A DNA stretch of 64,000 bases, from assembly GCF_001194135.2 (NCBI RefSeq), contig NC_068984.1, positions 16,124,295-16,188,294 on the forward strand. Reading direction: 5' to 3'. Positions within the stretch are counted from its first letter, which is position 1, and every line of letters starts with the position of its first letter. The DNA comes from Octopus bimaculoides. Taxonomy: Eukaryota. Made by a program: the position numbers and the translations under genes. Below the pieces are notes generated by a model. The model saw nothing but the letters and a program-made list of their open reading frames with translations, was not told where the DNA came from and searched no databases. This document shows, piece after piece, positions 45,718-59,703 of this stretch.

Positions 45718-46290
45718 TACAAGGTGCATACCAGAAGTTTCGAGACTTTTTCAGGAAAGATTTATTTATTTCTAAGCCGTACGAAACGCTAATCTCCTTC
45801 ATAGTAGAATCATCTACTGCGAGCTGGCAGAAACGTTAGCATGCTGGACGAAATGCTTAGCAGTATTTCGTCTGCCGTTACGTTCTGAGTTCAAATTCCG
45901 CCGAGGTGGACTTTGCCTTTCATCCTTTCGGGGTCGATAAATTATGTACCAGTTACGCACTGGGGTCAATGTAATCTACTTAATCCCTTTGTCTGTCTTT
46001 GTTTGTCCCCTCTATGTTTAGCCCCTTGTGGGCAATAAAGAAATAAGTAGGATACTCTGACTTTAATGCATTTGTACTAGAGCTCCAACCTCTTCGTCAA
46101 GGTCCCATGGAACGATTAACCACGAGGCTCTCTTTTAGTTTGGGGAACAACCGAAAGTCACAGGAAACAAGGTATGAACTATTGAGAGGGTGAGGGACAG
46201 TTTTGATGCCCATCTCTGTCAAGTTGGTTACCAGGATAGAATTGTAGACTGGTGCATTGTCCTGGTGCAGGTGCCACCGACCCCGAATAG
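45718..46290 (-). mobile_element. Mariner C-terminal relic with 3' TIR, interrupted by a SINE (45822-46046)
   Basis: ORF 46097-46366: WHLHQDNAPVYNS...TVPHPLNSSYLVSCDFRLFPKLKESL. TA-CAAGGTGCATACCAGAAG end at 45718. Confidence 0.8.
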
Positions 46291-46538
46291 AAGAGGGCAT
46301 CAAGGGAAGGAAGGGGGGAGGGAAACACCACAAAAATGGTAAATGGGCAAATGGTTTACGGCACAAAAAAAATCACTTTAAACTTGATAAAATAATATTT
46401 GAAGTGGTTTATATGATCGGAAATATAATTTCGAAGTGTTCGTAGTGTCATAATGAGGATCTGATAGAAGATTTTGCAGCTAAAAAACGTAGAAAACCTT
46501 TCAAATATAAATAAAGTGGAAGTATATGAAGATAAGTG

Positions 46539-46770
46539 GAGGTGCGTGGCTTAGTGGTTACGGTGTCAGCATCATGATCGTAAGATTGTGGTTTCGATTC
46601 CTGGACCGGGCGACGCGTTGTGTTATTGAGCAAAACTCATTTCACGTTGCTCCAGTCCACTCAGCTGGCAAAAATGATTAACGCTGCGATGGACTGACGT
46701 CTTGTCCAGCTGCGGAACGCATACGCCATAGAAACTGGGAAACGGGCCCATGAGCCTGGCTAGGCTTTAA
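46539..46770 (+). mobile_element. tRNA-derived SINE (distinct family)
   Basis: A-box TGGCTTAGTGG and B-box GGTTTCGATTCC, followed by a non-tRNA body; no complete cloverleaf. Confidence 0.7.
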
Positions 46771-47059
46771 AAGGGTGCATTTATTTTTTATTATATGAAA
46801 ATAAACGTTCTTTTCTATTTTACTGTTAGTTTTGTTTCATTTTGAAAAAATCAAAATTAATTTTATGGTTTATTATTGTTTATATATTGAATTACATATA
46901 TGTAGGGACACCAAAATTTTTTAAGTACTGAGGGCCTCTATGGGACTTAATCCAGCTCTACTTTGAGCACATTATTAATCGAGGTAAATACCTTCTACTC
47001 TCAAACTTCTCAGAGAGACGAACTCGGAATGAATCACTGATATATCTGTGCTGTCATCA

Positions 47060-47370
47060 ATGTAAGAGTTCTAGCTGGGAATCGTGTCATACAAGGAGAT
47101 ATCATCTCTTCGAAGTTCTTTACGGCATGTCTCGAAATGGTCATGAGAAACATTGATTGGGTAGATAGCATCAACATCACTGGCGAGCTACTAACTTCCC
47201 TTCGCAGACTACATCGTATTTTTCGCAGGAATCTCAGATCATCTGCAGACCGAGCTGGTAGTGCTGGACCCTTCCCGCTGTTCAGCAGTAGACCTCAAAA
47301 TAAACTAAATGGAAACATAATATATGCGGTCCGAAAACGTAGCACAAGACCAAATAATGGTGGGAAGCAA
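47060..47370 (+). mobile_element. RTE-type LINE RT core fragment
   Basis: VIQGDIISSKFFTACLEMVMRNIDW...INITGELLTSLR. Confidence 0.7.
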
Positions 47371-47460
47371 TGAAATTAAGGTAAAGGAGTATATCTGTCT
47401 GGGACAGACAGTAAATATATGCTTAGACAATAATCACTGCGTAGTGTAAGAGAAGGGTGC

Positions 47461-47491
<31 letters not shown>

Positions 47492-48453
47492 TGTATGTAT
47501 GTGTGTGTGTGTATGAATGTATGTATGTATGTATGTATGTATGTATGTATGTATGTGTATATATGCATGTATGTAAGTACGTACGTGTGTATGTTGGTAT
47601 ATATGTACATACACATGTATATGTATATATNNNNNNNNNNNNNNNNNNNNNNNNNNNNNNNNNNNNNNNNNNNNNNNNNNNNNNNNNNNNNNNNNNTATA
47701 TATATATATATATATGTACATACATATATGTATGTATGTATATAAAAGCAAGGGTGCAATGCGTTCCGTTAAGTAATAAGCTAAAAAACATAGTAAATGC
47801 ACAAACTGAAAATAGATGCAATTCCTCATTAATTATTAGCCAGGAGTCAAACGCAATTTCGTACTTTTAACGTTAATATTGGTTCCCTTCTGCGGGCACC
47901 GGCAAGAGCTACCAGGAAAATGGGACCAAGAACAGACAAACAATACACGGAAAACAAACAATGCAGAAGTGGACATAGGAAAATGAATAAATATATATTT
48001 CTTTATTGCCCACAGGGGGTTAAATATAGAGAGGACAAACAAGGAGAGACTGTGGAATAAGTCGATTATATCAAGACAAGACCGTTAGTGGACGGACGAA
48101 GGACAAAACGAAATGAATAAACAAACAAAGCTAGATGAAGACGAAGTGTGGGTAACGCTAAGAGGGAAATCCTAAAGGAATGGAAACAGAAGGGCATCAG
48201 ACAGGGAAAGGGGTTGAAGTGGAGACTAGAGAAATTACGACCGGTTGCTTCAACGGCCGGCGTAAAAAAAAAAATATATATATATATAGGTATCTTTTAA
48301 ATTCGTTCATGGTAATGTTATGGGTATGCAGATAAAACTCCTATTTCATTATGCCGACTACCGTCTAATGATACTGAGTAATGAGTCAATTTTTTTGAGG
48401 TTGCATCATGGTTACAACGATATAATGTAGGATAAATATAATGATAACAATAA

Positions 48454-48720
48454 TTCTAGGATGGAATTTATAAGTTTTTAATGCTTCGCTACTCGCGTTT
48501 CCACATACTGGCAAGGAGGGATAAACATCCCTCTGTGATTCATCCATTAATGCAGTATTGTGTGATGAAATGAATCAATGACGATGATCAACCGGATAAG
48601 TACGGATACTACGGACTATACCGTAATCATTCCAAGAGTACGGACTCTGATGTTAAAGTCATGTGATTTGTGGAAACGTGCGTAGCGATGCATTAAATAT
48701 TCATAAATTCCATCCTAGAA
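48454..48720. mobile_element. MITE-like element with ~52-bp imperfect TIRs
   Basis: TTCTAGGATGGAATTTAT...GTTTCCACA (48454-48505) versus its reverse complement at 48669-48720. Confidence 0.6.
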
Positions 48721-48734
48721 CTGTTGTTGTTGGT

Positions 48735-48767
<33 letters not shown>

Positions 48768-49430
48768 NNNNNNNNNNNNNNNNNNNNNNNNNNNNNNNNN
48801 NNNNNNNNNNNNNNNNNNNNNNNNNNNNNNNNNNNNNNNNNNNNNNNNNNNNNNNNNNNNNNNNNNNNNNNNNNNNNNNNNNNNNNNNNNNNNNNNNNNN
48901 NNNNNNNNNNNNNNNNNNNNNNNNNNNNNNNNNNNNNNNNNNNNNNNNNNNNNNNNNNNNNNNNNNNNNNNNNNNNNNNNNNNNNNNNNNNNNNNNNNNN
49001 NNNNNNNNNNNNNNNNNNNNNNNNNNNNNNNNNNNNNNNNNNNNNNNNNNNNNNNNNNNNNNNNNNNNNNNNNNNNNNNNNNNNNNNNNNNNNNNNNNNN
49101 NNNNNNNNNNNNNNNNNNNNNNNNNNNNNNNNNNNNNNNNNNNNNNNNNNNNNNNNNNNNNNNNNNNNNNNNNNNNNNNNNNNNNNNNNNNNNNNNNNNN
49201 NNNNNNNNNNNNNNNNNNNNNNNNNNNNNNNNNNNNNNNNNNNNNNNNNNNNNNNNNNNNNNNNNNNNNNNNNNNNNNNNNNNNNNNNNNNNNNNNNNNA
49301 GAGAGAGAGATATATATATTTATATATATATACATATATATAGTGAGAATTTACAAGAAAACAAAAGACAAAGACAGGTGTGTAAACAACAAACCGATGC
49401 GTTAGTTTAACGCTCGGGAAGTGAGAAAGT

Positions 49431-49466
49431 CTTTTACGTTTCGAGCCTACGCTCCTCGACAGAAAG
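49431..49466 (-). ncRNA. Variant minimal hammerhead-like motif (CUGUCGA core), copy 2
   Basis: CTTT-CTGTCGA-G-GAGC(GTAG)GCTC-GAAA-CG-TA-AAAG. Confidence 0.55.
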
Positions 49467-49859
49467 GAACACAGAAATAAACAGGGAGAGGAAAAAATGG
49501 TTTAGTGGCTACGTTTAGGTGTGGTAAGAAGCTTGCTTCCCAACTACATGGTTCCTGCTTCAGTCCCACTGCGTGGCACCTTGGGCAAATGTCTTCTACT
49601 ATAGCCTCGAACGGACCGGCTATGTATGTATGTATGTATGTATGTATGTATGTATGTATGTATGTATGTATGTATGTATCTATCTATCTATCTATCTATG
49701 TCTCTCTCTATATATATAAGGCTTACATATTCATTACATATACTGATATTATATATGTAGTCGATCTTACCCATATTTGCCTGACTCAATGCTTCCACCT
49801 ATCCCGATCCCGCATAACGTATACTACGTCATCAGGGCAAAATCTCGTATCTGTACGAA

Positions 49860-51480
49860 GTTGGTGAATATCGAATTTTACTGCATACTTTATCCAAGTA
49901 TATCCATGTCGAGGTATACATGAGAGTGTATCATTAAAGATCTTTCACTTAAGTCTCCAGTAAAGTTTGATAAAGCGCATGCGCCATTCTAATAACATCA
50001 GTAAATGAAAGGGGATTGCTGTACAATTTTTGTTTGGTTAGATGCCTTTTCCTGCAGATAACCTGAACAGCCCAAATCATGCAGAAATTAAGTCTTGTTT
50101 GTAGAAGTTTTCTAAGTGTTCAAGAAGTAGACCCGTACAATAGCATTGATTCCATTGTGGCACAGTAAGGAGAAACACGTCTTTTAATATTTCCTGATAA
50201 TGATGACTTCGAGATGACATCGAGGTCATCAACAGCAGCCTAAATTTTAGTTAGAGAAACTTTTACGTCCTTTTCTGTAGACGTTGCTTTCTTAGTATAC
50301 GAAGGAGTCTACGAATTTAAAAAGGATAAAGGATTTGTTTGATAGTACTTGAGTTTTCTCGATTGAGGCAGATGTATTCAGTCTCTGAGACATTGACATA
50401 AAGATCAATATCTGCACCCATATTTAAACGATCATATAAAAAGGTGATAAATTTTGAGATAGTGCCTACAAGGAGAATTGCTTGTTTGCTTCTACATGCA
50501 CAAACAAATCTATTTTACTTTTAATATGTTTCTGTTGTAAGGCGGTGAGCTGGCAGAAACGTTAGCACGTTGGGCGAAATGCTTAGCAGTATTTCGTTTG
50601 TCCTTACGTTCTGAGTTCAAATTCCGCCGAGGTCGACTTTGCCTTTCGTCCTTTCGGGACCAATAAATTAAGAACCGGTTGCGTACTAGGGTCGATCTAA
50701 TCGACTGTCCCCCTTCCTCAAAATTTCAGGCCTTGTGCCTAGAGTAGAAAAGAATATGTTTCTGTTGTTCATTCCATCGAGGTCGACTTTGCATTTCATC
50801 CTTTCAGAGTCGGTAAAATAAGTATCAATTGAACACTAGGATCCATGTAATCGACGTACCCGCTTCACTCGAAATTACTGGCCTTGTGCCAAAATTTGAA
50901 ACCAATATACTTCTGTTGTTTGATTTTAAAGATTTTATTGATGTCAGTAAGATATCACTGATTCTTTTCGTATTTAATGATATTTCTTCTGCAGAGTTCG
51001 ATTTCCTTTAAATGGGTGGTATTCATCAACTGATTACGCTTCTCAGTAATCACTTCAGACCCCCATGAGAATCGACCTCTGATTTTAACTCTGACGGGAA
51101 GACATTTCTATACAGCGCGGTGACAACATTATTGTACGTTGCTTCTAGGGCGTTGGTTTCATTTTCTACATGAAATGGTGTAAAATTGTTTCTGACCAAG
51201 ACGGCGTACTGTTGATAAATATCATTATTGTTGTTAAGTACTGTCCAGTCATGCGGAAGAAAAGTTGTTATTTCTGTTTGTTAACACGTAAGCGCAGCCA
51301 ATTTCTGGAAGACAGTATTCAATAATCATTCTCGAAATTTATTTAATTCCATTACTTCAATATATCCTCTTGGACTGTTCTGCTGTTATTAGTATCCCAG
51401 TAATCGTATTCGGAGTTTTTGTAACGTTTGCAGTGTGTTTTGGACATTTAGTTAATTAAAGAAACTGAGACTGTTACAAG
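49860..51480 (-). mobile_element. Decayed LINE (RTE-like) interrupted by SINEs at 50540-50905
   Basis: Minus-strand motif MESMLLYGSTS*TLRK and RT C-terminal-like segments; heavily degraded. Confidence 0.5.
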
Positions 51481-51501
51481 CGATTTCTACAGCAAGGACA
51501 T

Positions 51502-51596
<95 letters not shown>

Positions 51597-52080
51597 AATA
51601 CTTAGATCGTAGATCTTATTTCTTTATTGCCCACAAGGCGCTACACACAGAGGGGACAAACAAGGACAGACAAACGATTACATCGATTATATCTACCCAA
51701 GTGCGTAACTGGTACTTATTTAATCGACCCCGAAAGGATCAAAGGCAAAGTCGACCTCGGCGGAATTTGAGCTCAAAACATAACGGCAGACGAAATACCG
51801 CTAAGCATTTCGCCAGGCGTGCTAACGTTTCTGCCAGCTCGCCGCCTTAAGATCGTAGATCTTGCCACCCATCCCACGTTAACAGACGCGTACCATTCAA
51901 TACGACAAAATGGGAAACGACTGGTGAAGCTGATAGTCTTCCAAAAACAAAAATACCTTTAAAAAACCTAGCAAATCATGTCATAACAAAAGCAAAAAAT
52001 ATCCCAGTCTCTCTCTTACAGACAAATTCTCACAATGAGAGCGAATAAAAAAAAAAAAAAAGAAGAAAAAGTATAGATAT

Positions 52081-52355
52081 TCCAATCTTATATATACTGC
52101 ATCAGATGCTCGCAATGCTATGAGAATTATATCGGCCAAACAGGATCAAAATTAATAAATCGGGTAAGGATACATAAGTAGCAAATCAAAGATTTATCTC
52201 TTAAAAATGTTCCATGTAGTGATTATCTGGGCATATGTGCATATGGAAAAATCAGAATATTCCCTTCTTTTCAAAATAAAGGGAAAAATGATTAACTACG
52301 AAAGGCAAAAGAAGAATACGTTATACAAATTTTAAATCCGAAACTAAACCGGTAA
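52081..52355 (+). mobile_element. Penelope-like retroelement GIY-YIG endonuclease relic (pseudogenised)
   Basis: With one frameshift: SNLIYCIRCSQCYENYIGQTGSKLINRVRIHK*QIKD...VPCSDYLGIC...IFP...LRKAKEEYVIQILNPKLNR*. This has the IY...CxxC...YIGQT...R...H and E...I...P.LN motifs. Confidence 0.8.
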
Positions 52356-52924
52356 TAGTCAACCACGCCATGGACAAGAGCTACCACTATAGTGATTACC
52401 TTATAATACGTGATCTGAAAAGTAGAAAGCAGTGAAAATGGCTTAACATGACAGGAAAACTACATTCTATAAGATTTGTGTCATTAGCTTTTCCTCAAGA
52501 TTTTTTTTATATAATAAATTTTCAATTTAAGATTTTTCTTCAAATATGGTCACTATATCAAAAAATTTTTTTTAATCGTATGTATATTTATACACACATG
52601 TATGTAGGTATATGTATGCATGTGTCTGTGTGTGTGTTTTTCCAATTTCCAAAGATTGATATGGAAGGCAACTTTGGGTGTTCACTCCGGTATACGCGTG
52701 ACAATACATATACTTCACTTTATGTAATGAGTTCTGTTTACCCCGTTTGTCGAACACACACACTGAATTTCTCGGACAAATATGTTAAGGGTACACGTGT
52801 CTGTGCTGTGCACGGTCACTTTCACGTTAATTTCACAAGCAGGCTGTTTTGTTGATCGGATCACCTGGAACACATGTCGTCGTAACCATAGCGTGCCATT
52901 AGGAAAAAACAAAACAAGAACACA

Positions 52925-52996
<72 letters not shown>

Positions 52997-53354
52997 TCAA
53001 AAAATATAAGACGGACTAACAGGGTATAATAATCAAAAGAGCAGATGATAAAAGAAAAGAAAATAATCGATGGATGACATCTGTATACCGTCATGTTATG
53101 AGGCATACATGTCTTAGATACAGTAATGCTAAAATATGCAAAAAAATGATTATATATATATTNNNNNNNNNNNNNNNNNNNNNNNNNNNNNNNNNNNNNN
53201 NNNNNNNNNNNNNNNNNNNNNNNNNNNNNNNNNNNNNNNNNNNNNNNNNNNNNNNNNNNNNNNNNNNNNNNNNNNNNNNNNNNNNNNNNNNNNNNNNNNN
53301 NNNNNNNNNNNNNNNNNNNNNNNNNNNNNNNNNNNNNNNNNNNNNNNNNNNNNN

Positions 53355-53417
<63 letters not shown>

Positions 53418-54895
53418 AATTTTCTGGACAATGTTTTTATATTTTCAGCCTGTGAGTGGTTTAGAATTCCGTAATATGTACTATTTGGATGGCAAATTTT
53501 CAAAATGAAAACATGAATATGAAGAATTTATCAGAAATCCACAAATAGCATCATTTAGAACTTACAAAATATTGTTTCACAAATGCGATCAAGTTCTTAT
53601 CTTAAAGTTTTTAGCACCTTCATCATTTAGTTCCCCACCAGACATGCTGTGACAGAGAGGTAGTATATATTTTCTCTGAATATCTAAAAGAATGCTTATG
53701 TAGTGTGTATCTACTCTTGAAGGTAGTCTCTTAAATTAATACGTCCACTATGGTTTGCTAACTTCACATAAACGCTGAGACATTATTCATTAAGCGAGTG
53801 TGAGTTAAAATACTGTGACAATTACATTGGCTTTGAGTATTTGATAATCATCATAATAATTTATCAACTGCTATTTTAAATATACAAGGTCTTCCTTTTT
53901 TTGTAGAAACTGCACCTAATTATTTAAGCGTTTAATTATACACACAACACAAACATATACGAACCAGCGAGGTAATTCCTACACGATCGCTTGACTTGCC
54001 AGAAACACAAGTCGAATCTCTGAAATCACACCCTAGTCCTAGACGAGATGGCCGCGGCTAGAACACCTTCGGTCATAGGCCTGAACTGTCAGAGCTGACA
54101 TGGAACCCTGGCAACAACAATAACAACACCAACAACAAAACGTTTACATACAGAAATTCGTAAACATGCCAGCGTATAGGAGTTAACATACGTATAATAA
54201 CACAGATATATACACATAAATACGATGTTCGATACACACACTTATACAAACACATAAACACATAAACATTTTACATACACAATTACAAGCACGCATACAC
54301 GCGCACACACATGAATTATATACATAAATATGATGTTACACACGTACAAGCCCACACACATGCATACAATATAAACACGCAAACACATACAAAAATACTC
54401 ATTGTATACAACTATTTCTTTCAATATCAACATAAACACATAGCATTCATATCCGTGAAATGAACGAAAGTTACCTGCTTCTGTTGTTGCTAACGACGCC
54501 AGTTGATTATACTTCCAACGTATTATCGTTTAGCCGTTCACCCACAATTCAATGCGACTTGCCACAAGCTGTCATTAATACAATATTGATAAACGGGCTT
54601 CTTTTCTTCTTTTGTAGTAGTTACTAATTATTATAGAATTTCCATAGCCAGTAAGCAGTGATTGATACCATTAAGTGATTTGCTTGTTTGTCGTGACAAA
54701 CGTGAGAAATCCACTGAAGTTTAGCAGTAAGTGGTCAGAGAATGTAACAAAAATTTCAACGATTTATTATTTTACATTACTGAAGATCAGATGCGAGAAA
54801 CTCGTAGCTGAGACTCAGGCTGACTAAACTTTGAATAAATAATGTGCGTCTGTATGTGTTTGTATGTGTGTATGATCTATCTATATATATATCTA

Positions 54896-54952
<57 letters not shown>

Positions 54953-55009
54953 TGTACGTGTGTGTGTGTGAGAGATGTATGTGCATATGTGTATGAGTGC
55001 GTGCGTGTG

Positions 55010-55085
<76 letters not shown>

Positions 55086-55427
55086 GATATAAATGTGTGT
55101 GTGTGTGTGTGTGTGAGTTGTTAGTGTGAGTGGGCTTGGGGTACAAATCTATATATATGTCGACGTATTATTTCCTGTTCATTGAGCTGTAAACGTTAAT
55201 TTAGTAAACATTAATTTTCTTAACTTATTTTTCTTTCGGTCTTTTTCAGCCTCTCAGTAGTTTTCTCTCATATAAATATCACAATCCTTAATTTCTTTTA
55301 CGGCACCACAGCTAAGACCATGCTGGAGCACTTCGGTATACACACACATATGAAAATATATATACATTTACCTGTATCAGTGATTACTTTTAATTTCCTT
55401 AGTTTTCATATCGCGCGCGCATGTATA

Positions 55428-55465
<38 letters not shown>

Positions 55466-56639
55466 GTTATTCCAGTAGCCGTTTTATAGCAACAACAACT
55501 GTTGACGATCATCTACATTGCCCAGGTAACCATGGTGCTCGAACAACAACTTAGAGCCAAGCCAAGCGCCTTGTGTTCAGTTAATTTAATGACTAATTTG
55601 TATGATTACGTGTGTGGGTGTGTGGGTGTGTGGGTGTGTGGGTGTGTGGGTTTGTATGTTTGTATATGCGTAGGTTTGAGTAATTACATCTATGTGAGTG
55701 TATGTGTGTGTATGTATGTATATATGATTATATATACATTATATATACATGTGCATGTATGTATGTATGTATGTATGTGTATACACACACATACACACAC
55801 ACACACACACTATCTATCTATATATACTTATATATATATATATATATATATATATNNNNNNNNNNNNNNNNNNNNNNNNNNNNNNNNNNNNNNNNNNNNN
55901 NNNNNNNNNNNNNNNNNNNNNNNNNNNNNNNNNNNNNNNNNNNNNNNNNNNNNNNNNNNNNNNNNNNNNNNNNNNNNNNNNNNNNNNNNNNNNNNNNNNN
56001 NNNNNNNNNNNNNNNNNNNNNNNNNNNNNNNNNNNNNNNNNNNNNNNNNNNNNNNNNNNTATATATATGAGAGAGAGAGAGCAATGAGAGGGATGTAGGG
56101 AGAAAGACGGAGAGAGAGAAAGAGAGAGAAAGGGAGAGAGAGAGAGAGTGAAAGAGAGAGAGAGAGAGTGAAAGAGAGAGAGAGAGAGAGTGAAAGAGAG
56201 AGAGTGAAAGAGAGAGAGAGAGGCACATACACAAATCCAATGACGAAAATGTCTAGGAATTAGGGATTCCCTAAGGTCCATGGGTGTAATGTTGGCAACT
56301 CACTCCATGAGCTGACAAGTAGAGGAATGCCGTCTCCTTGGCTACCGTCTATTTCCATCACTACGCTTTTATATTTATACATATAATTATATGTACATAT
56401 AGTTTGTATGCTTATATGAATACACACGCACACACGCACACACACACGCTTATACATGTATGTATGCATGTATGTATTAGTTCAACACTTTTTAGTAGAA
56501 AACATGTTTAATAAACTATTAGAAAACAAGAGTGACAGTGACTTCGAAGTTTTGCCTTGCTAGTCTTTATTAGGCCTTGATAGATCAACCGATCGATCGA
56601 TCGATAGATAGATTCATACATAAAGCCAGACTGTTGCAG

Positions 56640-58230
56640 TTAACGGAGCCCTCTCCAAGGAGACATTAATAGAAAGTGGAGTGCCCCAGGGAACAGTATT
56701 GGGGCCACTACTGTTCATGCTGGCTCTTTCAGACATGCCATCAGTTACTCAGATAGCCACACTTACTAACTATGCCGACGACACGAAAGTAGTACAAGCA
56801 GCCAAGGAACCTTCTGTTGCTAATCTTCTACAGAAAGGCCTAGATGCCATATATAAATGGGCTGAAGACAACATACAATTTAATGCAGGCAAATTCCAGG
56901 CCCTTCGCTACCAGCTAATTGGTGCTCAGAAGTCACAAGAACGATACTTTGGACCAAAAGGAGCAGAAATCCTAGAATCACATACAGTGATTGAAATGAG
57001 CAACGATGCCTCGTTTCACATGCATGTCACCAAGATGGTGGCAGTGTGCAGGCGAATGACCTGATGGATTCTGAGAACTCTCAGAACAAGGGACCAGGAA
57101 ACTATGCTGGTCCTATAGAGAACATTTGTCCTCGGCCGTCTAGACCAGGTGTTTTCAAACTTTTTGACTTGCGGACTCCTTTATATTTCAGGCTTTACCT
57201 TAGGGACCCCCCTTATAAACGCTTATGAAATTTATACATAAATATTTGCTTAAAATAACATATATTTTTACATTTATTTATTTAACAGTATTTAACAAAT
57301 AGGTTTATTGTCAATTAAAAGATTTCGATTAAAAAACATATATAAAATCAAATTGCCCATAAAAAGTATTTGCTGTCCACGGACTCCCTGTCTTGTCCTT
57401 GCGGATCCNNNNNNNNNNAGGGACCCCCCTTATAAACGCTTATGAAATTTATACATAAATATTTGCTTAAAATAACATATATTTTTACATTTATTTATTT
57501 AACAGTATTTAACAAATAGGTTTATTGTCAATTAAAAGATTTCGATTAAAAAACATATATAAAATCAAATTGCCCATAAAAAGTATTTGCTGTCCACGGA
57601 CTCCCTGTCTTGTCCTTGCGGATCCCTGTGGTCCGCGGACCACAGCTTGAAAACCCCTGGTCTAGACTACTGCTCTCAACTGTGGTCACCTTACACTGTA
57701 GGATTAATAGCAGAACGTGAGGCAGTTCAGCGATACTACACGAGGAAGATTGCATCAATGAAACAGCTGGCTATTGGGAGAGACTGAAAGAGCAACGACT
57801 CTACTCCCTCGATCGAAGACGGGAGAGGTAAACAGTGATATATGTGTGGCAGATACTGGAGAAGCAGGCACCAAACTTTGGAATTGAGAGTTACATACCA
57901 GACCTCGAAATGGACATCACTGCACTGTTCCAAAAGTCCCAGCTGTCTCATCTGAGGCGAAGACTATGTACTGTAATAGCTTGGGATTGAAGAACCCACA
58001 TCTATTTAACACCTTGCCAAAACATCTGAGGGATCTCCATGGAGTGGGAGTAGATGTTTTCAAGAAACAACTTGGCCTCTTGCTATCCAAGATCCCAGAT
58101 GAATCAATATCAAGGCAGAAAACTCAAAACAGGGCACGGATATCGAACTCCCTCCTTCACTAAAAGCCAAACCCATAGAATTGGCCAATTAAAAAGTGAT
58201 TATATGGCGGTGCCTCAAGGCTGGAACATA
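56640..58230 (+). mobile_element. CR1/L2-group LINE reverse transcriptase relic (3' portion), split by a hAT MITE
   Basis: SGVPQGTVLGPLLF...YADDTK...KWAEDNIQFNAGKFQ; the frame resumes as RLDYCSQLWSP after the MITE; HLFNTLPKHLRDL 3' motif. Confidence 0.92.
57146..57659. mobile_element. hAT-superfamily MITE with 8-bp TSD
   Basis: TIRs CAGGTGTTTTCAA / TTGAAAACCCCTG; TSD GTCTAGAC at 57138-57145 and 57660-57667. The internal ~200-bp duplication around a 10-N gap is probably an assembly artefact. Confidence 0.9.
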
Positions 58231-59278
58231 TAAAAGAATAAAAGAACAAACATACATACATACATATTATTGACGTCATAAGAATTTATCAACTTCGAGA
58301 AAACGAGAAATAATTGTTTTTTGGAACGGTGAATCTCGAAGAAGATAAAAGTATATAAATTATATCGTGTAAATATTGGTTAAAAAAAATGACAGTTGTT
58401 CAACCTAGAATACTTGTCATATTTACAGATGTGGATTCGTGTCCGACGAGCAGCCTTCGAATTATTTTTCTTCATATGGATTTTTTAAAACCAGCATTTA
58501 TACGATATTATTTATAGCCTTTTCTGCTTCAAGATTCTCCGTTCCAAAAGAAGAATATATGCGTGCGTGCGCGCGTGGGTATGCTATTTTTATATCCCTA
58601 TCCTTTTAGTCTGTAGAGAAGTCAGCGTGAATCAGCATTCACAACAAATCCGAGACCGATGGAAGATGGATGATGAATGTATATTTAAACAGGAGATCTT
58701 TTACATTAAGTAAGATAGACAAATACTCTTTACACTTTCACTTGTTTCAGTCATTTGACTGCGGTCATGCTGGAGCGCCGCCTTTACTCGAGCAAATTGG
58801 CCCCAAGACTTATTCTTTGTGACCCTAGTACTTATTCTACCGGTTTCTTTTGCCGAACCGCTAAGTTACGGGGTTGCCAAGCGAAGTTCGGGGAACAAAC
58901 ACAGACACACAAAACACACACACACACACACACANNNNNNNNNNNNNNNNNNNNNNNNNNNNNNNNNNNNNNNNNNNNNNNNNNNNNNNNNNNNNNNNNN
59001 NNNNNNNNNNNNNNNNNNNNNNNNNNNNNNNNNNNNNNNNNNNNNNNNNNNNNNNNNNNNNNNNNNNNNNNNNNNNNNNNNNNNNNNNNNNNNNNNNNNN
59101 NNNNNNNNNNNNNNNNNNNNNNNNNNNNNNNNNNNNNNNNNNNNNNNNNNNNNNNNNNNNNNNNNNNNNNNNNNNNNNNNNNNNNNNNNNNNNNNNNNNN
59201 NNNNNNNNNNNNNNNNNNNNNNNNNNNNNNATTGTGCTAGGAGACTGAAATATTTGTTTTCAATATCTTATCATTGGT

Positions 59279-59703
59279 AAGGCGGTGAGCTGGCAGAAAC
59301 GTTAGCACGCCGGGCGAAATGCTTAGCGGTATTTCGTCTGCCGCTACGTTCTGAGTTCAAATTCCGCCGCGGTCGACTTTGCCTTTCATCTTTCGGGGTC
59401 GATTAAATAAGTACCAGTTACGCACTAGGGTCGATATAATCGTCTTAATCCGTTTGCCTGTCCTTGTTTGTCCCCTCTGTGTGTAGCCCCTTGTGGGCAG
59501 TAAAGGAACAGGAAACGTTAGCACGCCGGGCGAAATGCTAAGCGCCATTTTGTACGTTTTTACGTTCTGAGTTCAAATTTCGCCGAGGTCGACTTTCATC
59601 CTTTCGGGATCGATAAATTAAGTACCATTTGCGTGCTGGGGTCGATCTAATCGACTGGCCCTCTCCCTCAAAATTTCGGGCTTTGTGCATAGAGTAGAAA
59701 AGG
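59279..59703 (+). mobile_element. SINE family A (tRNA-derived head, Deu/Nin-like core), head-to-tail dimer. Other copies at about 1636-1856, 2715-2870, 4270-4915, 10710-11140, 12075-12436, 22290-22480, 24860-25050, 26780-27225, 31610-31770, 34990-35410, 45822-46046, 50540-50905, 51615-51847
   Basis: Shared GGCGGTGAGCTGGCAGAAACGTTAGC...GAGTTCAAATTCC (B-box) and GACTTTGCCTTTCATCCTTTCGGGGTCGATAAAATAAGTACC core. Confidence 0.88.

Noticed and set aside
46539-46615. Possible tRNA gene
   Set aside because: A and B boxes are present but there is no complete cloverleaf, and it continues into a SINE body.
57201-57625. ~200-bp tandem duplication inside the hAT MITE
   Set aside because: The copies look identical and are separated by a 10-N gap, typical of a scaffolding artefact.
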